From: an uncultured Mesoterricola sp.
Lineage (GTDB): Bacteria > Acidobacteriota > Holophagae > Holophagales > Holophagaceae
Length of the DNA: 30,106 nucleotides
NCBI GenBank assembly: GCA_964479495.1
Contig: CAYZND010000003.1
Span: 1-30,106, forward strand
Direction of reading: 5' to 3'
Shown: piece after piece, positions 8,392-15,642 of the stretch
Layout: each line of letters starts with the position of its first letter
How positions within the stretch are numbered: the first letter of the stretch is position 1
Made by a program: the position numbers and the translations under genes
Notes under the pieces: model-generated
The model's database searches: none
The model's input: the letters and a program-made list of their open reading frames with translations, nothing else
What the model was told of the DNA's origin: nothing

Positions 8392-8973
8392 ATGACCCCC
8401 ATCGCCTTCTTCATCTCAGGAACCGGCGGCAACGCCTTGAACCTGCTGCGGGCCTGCCGGGATGGGAGGGTTCCTGCCCGGCCGGTCGGGGTGGTGTCTT
8501 CCAGCGGCAAGGCGCTGGGCAACGAGCGGCTCCTGGCGGAAGGGCTGCCTGTGAGCGTGCTGCTCCGCAAGGACTTCGAGTCGGACGAGACCTACTCTGC
8601 CGCCTGCTTCGGTGCGGTTGAGGCCCAGGGAGCCCAGGTCATCTGCCTCTGCGGCTGGCTCAAGCGACTGGTGATATCGCCCCACTGGGAGGGGCGCATC
8701 CTCAACATCCATCCGGCCCTGCTGCCCAAGTTCGGGGGCGAGGGCATGTACGGGATGAACGTCCACCGGGCTGTGGTGGCCGCTGGGGAGAGGGAGTCCG
8801 GCTGCACCATCCACCTCGTGGACAACGTCTATGACCACGGCCGGATCCTGGCCCAGGCGAAGGTGCCCGTGCTCGAGGGTGATACCCCGGAGGACGTCCA
8901 GAAGCGGGTCTACGAGCAGGAGATGCGACTGTATCCCGAGGCCCTCGCCGATTTCCTGAGGCGGCCCGGATGA
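8392..8973 (+). CDS. purN: Phosphoribosylglycinamide formyltransferase
   Basis: FISGTGGN, ICLCGWLK, ILNIHPALLPKFGG.GMYG..VH, SGCTIHLVD..YDHGRILAQ. Confidence 0.95.
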   Translation: MTPIAFFISGTGGNALNLLRACRDGRVPARPVGVVSSSGKALGNERLLAEGLPVSVLLRKDFESDETYSAACFGAVEAQGAQVICLCGWLKRLVISPHWEGRILNIHPALLPKFGGEGMYGMNVHRAVVAAGERESGCTIHLVDNVYDHGRILAQAKVPVLEGDTPEDVQKRVYEQEMRLYPEALADFLRRPG

Positions 8974-9044
8974 CATTCGTCTAGGCTGGATCCGGTGCGG
9001 TCCAGCCCTGGGCCCGGAGCCGCTGAACCTTTGAAGGAGTCGAA

Positions 9045-10007
9045 ATGGCCAAACTGCGCGTCGCCGTATCCGGAGTCGGAAGCCTGGGACAGCATCATGC
9101 CCGCATCGCCGCAGCATCGGAGCGGACGGAGCTTGTGGCCGTGGTGGACCCCAACGAGGTCCGAGGCCGGGAGATCGCGGAGAAGTTCGGCACGAAGTGG
9201 GTGGCCACCCTCGAGGAGGTCCTGCCCCAGGTGGATGTGGTGCAGATCGCGGCGCCCACCGGCTTCCACCACGGCATCGGCGTGACGGTGCTGAAGGCTG
9301 GCAAGCACGTGATCATGGAAAAGCCCCTGGCGGCCACCCTGGCCGAAGGCGAGGCCCTCCTGGCGTCCCTGGCGGAAGCCCGCAAGGTCAACCCCAACCT
9401 CGTGGCCGCCGTCGGCCACCTGGAGCGCTTCAACCCTGCCGTCCAGAAGCTGCGCGACCTGGGCTTCAAGCCCCGGTTCGCCGAGGCCACCCGGGTGTCT
9501 CCCTTCCCCATGCGCAGCATGGAGGTGGACGTGATCATGGACGTGATGATCCATGATCTGGACCTGCTCCTGGCCCTGGTGGGCAAGCCCGTGAAGAGCG
9601 TCGAGGCCGTGGGGATCCCCGTGCTCACGAAGTATGCCGATGTCGTGAACGCCCGCCTGAAGTTCGAAGGCGGCGGTTTCGCCACCGTCACGGCCAGCCG
9701 CGTGGCCCGCAAGAAGGAGCGAACCCTGCGCGCCTTCGGCGAGAACGCCTACGCCAGCCTGGATTTCGCCGCCCAGAAGCTCGAGCTGCTCAACCTGGTG
9801 AACGGACCCGAAGGCCCCCAGGTCCAGCCCCAGACCGTGGATATCACCGAAGGCGAGCCCCTCAAGCTCGAACTCGAAGCCTTCTACGCCGCCTGCCTGG
9901 GCGAAGGCCAGAACTTCGTGCCCTGGAAGGAGGCCTTCGAGGCCATGCGCGTGGCCGATCAGGTCCAGAAGTCCGTGGCGGAGAGCCTGCGCGAGATGCA
10001 GGGCTGA
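9045..10007 (+). CDS. Gfo/Idh/MocA family oxidoreductase (GnnA-like UDP-sugar dehydrogenase type)
   Basis: GVGSLGQHHARI, EKPLA, VGHLERFNPAV, DVIMDVMIHDLDL, TASRVA. AAGGAG RBS. Confidence 0.9.
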   Translation: MAKLRVAVSGVGSLGQHHARIAAASERTELVAVVDPNEVRGREIAEKFGTKWVATLEEVLPQVDVVQIAAPTGFHHGIGVTVLKAGKHVIMEKPLAATLAEGEALLASLAEARKVNPNLVAAVGHLERFNPAVQKLRDLGFKPRFAEATRVSPFPMRSMEVDVIMDVMIHDLDLLLALVGKPVKSVEAVGIPVLTKYADVVNARLKFEGGGFATVTASRVARKKERTLRAFGENAYASLDFAAQKLELLNLVNGPEGPQVQPQTVDITEGEPLKLELEAFYAACLGEGQNFVPWKEAFEAMRVADQVQKSVAESLREMQG

Positions 10008-10018
10008 TCCCGATGCTC

Positions 10019-10050
10019 GCGTCGCCCGGCCCGATGGGGCTGGGCGACGC
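10019..10050 (+). other. Strong GC hairpin after the oxidoreductase gene (terminator or mRNA-stabilising)
   Basis: 14-bp stem GCGTCGCCCGGCCC / GGGCTGGGCGACGC (one G-U pair), GATG loop, no clear U-tract. Confidence 0.55.
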
Positions 10051-10081
10051 ATACTTGAGGCATCCCCCCTCGAGGTCTGCC

Positions 10082-11806
10082 ATGGGCGCCTGCCGAGCCT
10101 GCTTCGCATGGATCCTGCTCGGGATGTCCTGCCTGTTCCTGCCGGCCCAACCCACGACCTTGCCGGTGCGGGCGATCCAGGTCCAGGGAAGGCCGGCCGC
10201 CGCAGGGGAACGCCGCATCGCGCTGGTGATCGGCAATGGCGCCTACAAGAGCGCACCCCTGGCCAATCCGGTCAACGACGCACGGGGCATGGCCGAGTCC
10301 CTCCGCCAGTGCGGATTCACGGTCACCAAGCTGGAGAATGCCAGCCGGGACCAGATGGCCACCGCCCTAAGGGACTTCGGTGACCAGATCTTGGCCGGCG
10401 GGGTGGGGCTCTTCTATTACGCCGGCCATGGGATGCAGGTTCGGGGGAAGAACTACCTGATCCCCGTCAATGCGGACATCCAGCGGGAGGACGAGGTCTC
10501 CTACCAGGCCCTGGATGCGGAAGCGGTCCTTGCCAAGATGGAGACCGCCCGGAACCGGCTGAACATCGTCATCCTGGATGCCTGCCGCAACAACCCCTTC
10601 GGCCGCAGCTTCCGCTCCGGAGCCCAGGGGCTGGCCCAGATGGATGCGCCCAAGGGCACCTTCATCGCCTTCTCCACCGCGCCGGGGCGGATCGCCAGCG
10701 ATGGCACGGGGCGGAACGGGCTTTACACGCGGTACCTCCTGGACAACCTCGCCACCCCCGGGCAGAAGCTCGAGGACCTCTTCAAGCGGGTGCGGGCGGG
10801 CGTCCTCAAGGACTCTGCCGAACAGCAGATGCCCTGGGACAGCAGCTCGCTCATGGGCGATTTCTACTTCGTACCATCGGAGGGTTCGCCCGGTTCCGCG
10901 CCTCCCGTCGTCATGGGCACGGAGGCTTCCGGTGCGGCCGCCCTGGAGCTCGCGTTCTGGAACAGCATCAAGGACAGCACTCTGCAGGCCGACTTCGAGG
11001 CCTACCTGAAGCGCTTCCCCGACGGCACCTTCGCGGGCCTCGCCCGCAACAGGATCGCGACGCTGAACCCTCCCCCCACCGCACCCTTTCCTGAGGAGCT
11101 GACCCGGGGCGCGTATCTGGGCATCGTGATCCAGGAGCTGAACGAGGACCTCCATCCCATTTTCGGCGCCACCGAAGGCGCCCTGGTTACGGATATCCAG
11201 GCCACCTCCCCCGCCGAGAAGGCCGGGCTCAAGCCGCTGGACCTGATCACGGGGCTGGATGGGCGCAAGGTCTCCAAGCCGGCGGAAGTGGTGGAGTGGG
11301 TCAGGGCCCATCGCAAGGGCGACCAGGCGCGGTTGCAGGTGCTCCGGGAGCGGAAGTCCTTCGAGACGACCGTCGTCCTGGCGAGCCATTCCACCACCCT
11401 CATTGCGGCGAAGCAGGCCCCATCCTTGGCGGAAGGCCAGCAGATGCCTGCGGAAATGCAGTCCAAGTCGAAAGCCCTTCCGCAGGGAGACTTCTTCGAA
11501 GCCTTCTTCGCCACGAAGACCCCTTATGGCTTCAGCGTTGGCCTTTTGACGGCGCAGCAGCGTCAGGAGGTCAAGGAGGGCGTTAGCGTCGCCACCGTGG
11601 ATGACAAGGGACCGGCCAAGGTGCTTCTGTTCCCGGGTGACGTGATCCTGGCCGTGCTGAGCCCTTCAGGGCGAGAGAGTGTGAAGGACCCTGAAGGGTT
11701 CCTGAAAGCCGCCCGGTCGGCGGCAGGGAAGACTTTGGTAATCCTGGTGCGGCGGGGGGACCAAGCCTCCGTGCTGGTGGTGCCTGTCCTCCCGCCCAAG
11801 CCTTGA
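10082..11806 (+). CDS. Exported caspase-family (peptidase C14) protein with two C-terminal PDZ domains
   Basis: Hydrophobic N-terminus; RIALVIGNGAY..LANPVNDA; His-Cys dyad in YAGHG and LDACRNNP; ELAFW..FPDGTF helical motif; PDZ1 YLGI..SPAEKAGLKPLDLI; PDZ2 GFSV..PGDVILAV. Start taken at 10082 (GAGGT RBS) because the longer ORF start runs through a hairpin. Confidence 0.88.
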   Translation: MGACRACFAWILLGMSCLFLPAQPTTLPVRAIQVQGRPAAAGERRIALVIGNGAYKSAPLANPVNDARGMAESLRQCGFTVTKLENASRDQMATALRDFGDQILAGGVGLFYYAGHGMQVRGKNYLIPVNADIQREDEVSYQALDAEAVLAKMETARNRLNIVILDACRNNPFGRSFRSGAQGLAQMDAPKGTFIAFSTAPGRIASDGTGRNGLYTRYLLDNLATPGQKLEDLFKRVRAGVLKDSAEQQMPWDSSSLMGDFYFVPSEGSPGSAPPVVMGTEASGAAALELAFWNSIKDSTLQADFEAYLKRFPDGTFAGLARNRIATLNPPPTAPFPEELTRGAYLGIVIQELNEDLHPIFGATEGALVTDIQATSPAEKAGLKPLDLITGLDGRKVSKPAEVVEWVRAHRKGDQARLQVLRERKSFETTVVLASHSTTLIAAKQAPSLAEGQQMPAEMQSKSKALPQGDFFEAFFATKTPYGFSVGLLTAQQRQEVKEGVSVATVDDKGPAKVLLFPGDVILAVLSPSGRESVKDPEGFLKAARSAAGKTLVILVRRGDQASVLVVPVLPPKP

Positions 11807-11817
11807 AGCGAGATGCC

Positions 11818-12777
11818 ATGGAGCCCTTCTTCGATCTCGCATCCCTGGCGAAACCCCTGGTGACGGCCCCTCTGGCGCTCGCGCACCTGGATCTCGACCG
11901 GGATCGAAGGTCGCAGCTGGGCTTTTCGGACCGGTTGGAGCCCCTGACCGTCCGTCAGCTTCTGTCCCACTCCGCGGGGCTTCCGCCCTGGTTGCCGTAC
12001 ACGGGGGAACCCCTGGCCGCCCAGCTTGTCCGGGGCGTTCCCTATGGCGCCCACCCCCTGCTCCGGGCGTCAAGGACAGGCCTCAGCACCTATTCGGATC
12101 TGGGTTTCCGGCTGCTGGGGGAACTGCTGGAGCTGGAAACCGGACGGTCCCTTCTGGAACTGGGCTCAGAATCCTCGGGTCTGAGCGCTGCGCCCTGGGA
12201 GATCGCACCCACCGCCATCCCGGATGGCCCCGATGCGGAGGCCTGGCCCCTCGCCGCTCCGGATGTGCCGCTTCCCCCGCGTTCCCCCTTCCTGCCCCAT
12301 GATGCCAATGCCCGTGCGGGCATGCGGGGGCATGCCGGATTCGCTGCCACGCCCAGCCAAATGCGGAGGGCACTGGAACGGTGGACCGCGGCTGGGTTCC
12401 CCCAGCGCATGGCGGTGGAGACCGCCCGCGCCGAGGACGGGATCCGATGGGGGCTCGGCCTGCAGCGGGTCCTGGCCGGACCCGGACGGCTGGGAGGGCT
12501 GCTGGCTCAGTTGCCCGCGACCTTCGCGGGGATCCATGTCCACGTCTCCACCGACACAGATCTGGCTCCGGAAGCGCCACCGGTTTCGACGGATCCTGGC
12601 ACACCCACGGAGTGGTGGATGCACTTCGGCTTCACCGGCCCCGCGCTCTTCGTGCGTCCCCGGGACGGTACGGCCATCGTCCTGCTCCTGCACCGGCGGG
12701 GACCCGCAGGGGAGATGCTGAACCTCTCGCAGCTCCAGGCCCGGCGCTGGCGGGCGCTCTCGACCTTCCTGCCCTAG
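11818..12777 (+). CDS. Serine hydrolase, beta-lactamase/AmpC-like family (unusually short N-terminus)
   Basis: FDLASLAK (SxxK), TVRQLLSHSAGL, YSDLGF (YxN-position motif), HFGFTG. Start 11818 or 11803. Confidence 0.82.
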   Translation: MEPFFDLASLAKPLVTAPLALAHLDLDRDRRSQLGFSDRLEPLTVRQLLSHSAGLPPWLPYTGEPLAAQLVRGVPYGAHPLLRASRTGLSTYSDLGFRLLGELLELETGRSLLELGSESSGLSAAPWEIAPTAIPDGPDAEAWPLAAPDVPLPPRSPFLPHDANARAGMRGHAGFAATPSQMRRALERWTAAGFPQRMAVETARAEDGIRWGLGLQRVLAGPGRLGGLLAQLPATFAGIHVHVSTDTDLAPEAPPVSTDPGTPTEWWMHFGFTGPALFVRPRDGTAIVLLLHRRGPAGEMLNLSQLQARRWRALSTFLP

Positions 12778-12813
12778 GCCGGGGCTTTCCTCCGCGTGGT
12801 TTATGCTGGAGGC

Positions 12814-14922
12814 ATGATGCTGCGACCGATGCTTGCCCTCTGCCTCTCTGCCGCCTTGCCCCTGGCGGCCGAGATCACCCTGCGGATCGGGCTGGATACG
12901 CAGGCCACCGAGTGGATCGTGAGCCTCGAAGGGGGTGGCGAGGTGCAGACCCGGAGCGGGAAGCCGGTCCTGAAGCTGAAGGATGGCGAGAAGCTGCGCA
13001 TCTGGTGGGACAGCCGGGGCGAAGCGGATCCCACGGACGAATACCGCGTGCAGGTGGGACCTCCCCTGTTGCAGAAGGAGGCCGATGCGCTGATGGGAAA
13101 GCTCCGTCAGCTGGGCGAGCAGCCGGAGAAGGTCCGGGTTGCCGATGGCGACACCTGGCGCATCCTCACGGGGCACTTCGAGAAGGCGGAAGAGGCGGAC
13201 CTCCTGGTCCGGAAGCTCAATGCCAGCGGCTACGAGGAGCTGTGGATCTCGACAGAGTCCAGGCCCGGCAAACCCCGGAAGGGGCGGGCGCTCTACGGCA
13301 TCACCGAGCGCTACGAGCGCCGGGCGCTGCCCTCGGAAGGCGTGCGGCTGGTGCCTGCGGGTGAATTGACCACCGTGGCGGGGAAGGGCCGGTACCGGGG
13401 CCGGATCGACCTCTACCCGAACGCCCAGGGTCGGCTCACGGTCATGAACACCATCGAGCTGGAGACCTACTTGCGGGGGGTCGTGCCACGGGAGATGGGG
13501 GCCTGGGAGTACCCCGCCCTGGAAGCGTTGAAGGCCCAGGCCGTAGCGGCGCGGACCTACGCCGTGGCGAACCGGGGCAAGCGGGAGCGGGAAGGCTTCG
13601 ACCTGGTGGACACGGTCGCCGATCAGGTCTACGGGGGCCGGGACGGGGAGCAGAGCCTCACGGATCGCGCCGTCGAGGAGACCAAGGGGCTGGTGGCGAC
13701 CTACGGCGGGCGGCCCATCCAGGCCCTGTTCATGGCCTCCAGTGGTGGGCACACCGTTGATAACACCTATGTCTTCGGGGGCGGCTACCCCTACCTCAAG
13801 GGGGTCTCCAACTACCTTCGGTCGCCTCAGGCGCTGCCTTTCAAGGGAACCGTGGCGCCGCGGGGAGATCAAGGCTGGCTCACCTGGGAGATTCTTCGAA
13901 TGGCCGCCGCGGACCTGGTACCGGCGGAACTCCTGGATGCCGAGCGCATGGCCCAGCCCCTGAAGTCGTCGGACCTCCGGCTGCCGCTGGAGGGGCTGGC
14001 CAAGCGCCTCAACCTGTCGGTGCCGGCGCGTTCGCTGGAACAAGGGTCGCGCCTGTACCTCTGGATGGCGCGAAGCCTGGGCTTCGATCAGGTAGTCGAA
14101 GGCATGGAGCGATCCCAGGATGGGGACTACTTCCTGGGCGAGACGGACCTGAAGCCCGGCGAGCGCCTTCTGGCGGGCTTCCTGGCCCGGCGGGGCCTGG
14201 TGGGTGCCTCGGCCTGGAAGGGACAGGCGCCAACCTTGGCCCAGGGACTCCAAGCCCTGGGCCGCCTGTGGCAGGAACTGGAGCCCCTGGAGCTCACCGA
14301 GGGAACGCTGCTGCGGGATGGCCAGGTGCGCGTGAAGAATGGAGGGCCCGGTCCGCTGATCCTGGCTCCCTCGATCCTTCTGGCCGAAGAGGCGCCAGGA
14401 AGCGTGCTCCGGCTGCTACCTGAGGCGGCCATCCAGGTAGGGGACCGGGTCAAGTGGATCTCCCGGGATGGCGGGTCACGGCTGCTGGTGCGACGCCTGG
14501 ATCCCGATGGCGCGGCACTGGACCGCTACAACCCCACCGCCCACTGGAAGGTGGAGCTCAAGGAAGCGGACCTGCTGGACAAGCTGAGACAGAAGGGCGG
14601 GATCCAGGGCTTCAGTGGAATTGAGCTCACCCACAACGACCAGGGGCGCGTCCTGGAGATGATCGTGCGGGATGCCACCGGGCGCAGCCACCGCTTCACC
14701 GGCATGCGCATCCGCAACTTGCTGGGGCTCAAGGACAACGTCTTCCGCTACATCCAGGTGGGAGAGAAGCCCTTCCGCCGCTGGATCTTCTACGGCCGTG
14801 GCTGGGGGCACGGCGTGGGCATGGATCAGACGGGCGCCTACGGCTACGCGCTGGAGGGCTGGACCTTCGAACAGATCCTCAAGCACTACTACCAGGGCAT
14901 CGACCTCACTCCCGTGGAGTGA
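12814..14922 (+). CDS. SpoIID/LytB-domain lytic transglycosylase with signal peptide and SPOR-like repeats
   Basis: Signal peptide; SPOR-like YRVQVG / WRILTGHF..A..L..KL; YRGRI..LETYLRGVVPREM..EALKAQAVAARTY; DQVYGG; C-terminal GRGWGHGVGMDQTGA..ILKHYY. GGAGG RBS. Confidence 0.9.
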   Translation: MMLRPMLALCLSAALPLAAEITLRIGLDTQATEWIVSLEGGGEVQTRSGKPVLKLKDGEKLRIWWDSRGEADPTDEYRVQVGPPLLQKEADALMGKLRQLGEQPEKVRVADGDTWRILTGHFEKAEEADLLVRKLNASGYEELWISTESRPGKPRKGRALYGITERYERRALPSEGVRLVPAGELTTVAGKGRYRGRIDLYPNAQGRLTVMNTIELETYLRGVVPREMGAWEYPALEALKAQAVAARTYAVANRGKREREGFDLVDTVADQVYGGRDGEQSLTDRAVEETKGLVATYGGRPIQALFMASSGGHTVDNTYVFGGGYPYLKGVSNYLRSPQALPFKGTVAPRGDQGWLTWEILRMAAADLVPAELLDAERMAQPLKSSDLRLPLEGLAKRLNLSVPARSLEQGSRLYLWMARSLGFDQVVEGMERSQDGDYFLGETDLKPGERLLAGFLARRGLVGASAWKGQAPTLAQGLQALGRLWQELEPLELTEGTLLRDGQVRVKNGGPGPLILAPSILLAEEAPGSVLRLLPEAAIQVGDRVKWISRDGGSRLLVRRLDPDGAALDRYNPTAHWKVELKEADLLDKLRQKGGIQGFSGIELTHNDQGRVLEMIVRDATGRSHRFTGMRIRNLLGLKDNVFRYIQVGEKPFRRWIFYGRGWGHGVGMDQTGAYGYALEGWTFEQILKHYYQGIDLTPVE

Positions 14923-14925
14923 AGG

Positions 14926-15618
14926 GTGACCATCTACCGCCTGAACCGGACGCCCATCTTCCCCGATCCCCGGGAGGCGGATGCGAACGGGCTGCTGGCG
15001 GTGGGAGGCGACCTGTCTGTGCCGCGGCTGGTGAACGCCTATGCCCACGGCATCTTCCCCTGGTTCGGCGAAGAGGATCCCATCCTCTGGTGGTCGCCCC
15101 CGGTGCGGGCCCTGGTCCTGCCCGGGCGGGAGCACCTCTCACGCCGGACCCGCCGCGCCCTGAAGCATGCCGGGTTCGAGGTGCGCATCGACACGGACTT
15201 CAAGGCCGTGATCGAAGCCTGCCGGGGCGTTCCAAGGCCCGGCCAGGACGGCACCTGGATCACGGAGGCCATGCTCCGCGCCTACGTCGAGCTGCACGGG
15301 GCGGGTCTTGCCCACTCCTTCGAGACCTATTTCGAAGGGGAGCTGGTGGGTGGCCTCTACGGGGTCTCCCTGGGAGCGGCCTTCTTCGGCGAGAGCATGT
15401 TCTCGAAGGTGGACTATGCCTCCCGGGCTGCGTTCAGCCGGCTGTGCGACACGGTCTGGGCATGGGGCTTCCACTTCATCGATGGGCAGCTCCCCAACGA
15501 CAACCTGCGGCAACTGGGGGCAGTGAACATGGAGCGGGAAGCGTTCCTGGAGCAGCTTCAGACGGCTTTGACGACCCCGACCCGCAAAGGGAGCTGGAGC
15601 CCCTCCCCGGCCCCGTGA
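14926..15618 (+). CDS. aat: Leucyl/phenylalanyl-tRNA--protein transferase
   Basis: GLLAVGGDL, AYAHGIFPW, ILWWSP..R, GTWIT, AHSFE, LVGGLYGV, FFGESMFS. GTG start. Confidence 0.95.
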   Translation: MTIYRLNRTPIFPDPREADANGLLAVGGDLSVPRLVNAYAHGIFPWFGEEDPILWWSPPVRALVLPGREHLSRRTRRALKHAGFEVRIDTDFKAVIEACRGVPRPGQDGTWITEAMLRAYVELHGAGLAHSFETYFEGELVGGLYGVSLGAAFFGESMFSKVDYASRAAFSRLCDTVWAWGFHFIDGQLPNDNLRQLGAVNMEREAFLEQLQTALTTPTRKGSWSPSPAP

Positions 15619-15642
15619 CATCCTGGGGATGGGAGCGGAGCA

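Noticed and set aside
8984-9007. Short hairpin after purN (GGCTGGA...TCCAGCC)
   Set aside because: Only 7 perfect bp plus a bulged extension in GC-rich DNA and no U-tract; too weak to call a terminator.
10082-11806. Caspase as part of an anti-phage defence system
   Set aside because: No neighbouring sensor, TIR, NLR, gasdermin or CRISPR genes. The signal peptide and PDZ domains point to an envelope role.
12166-14253. 695-aa minus-strand ORF
   Set aside because: Shadow of the serine hydrolase and SpoIID genes; no recognisable domain.
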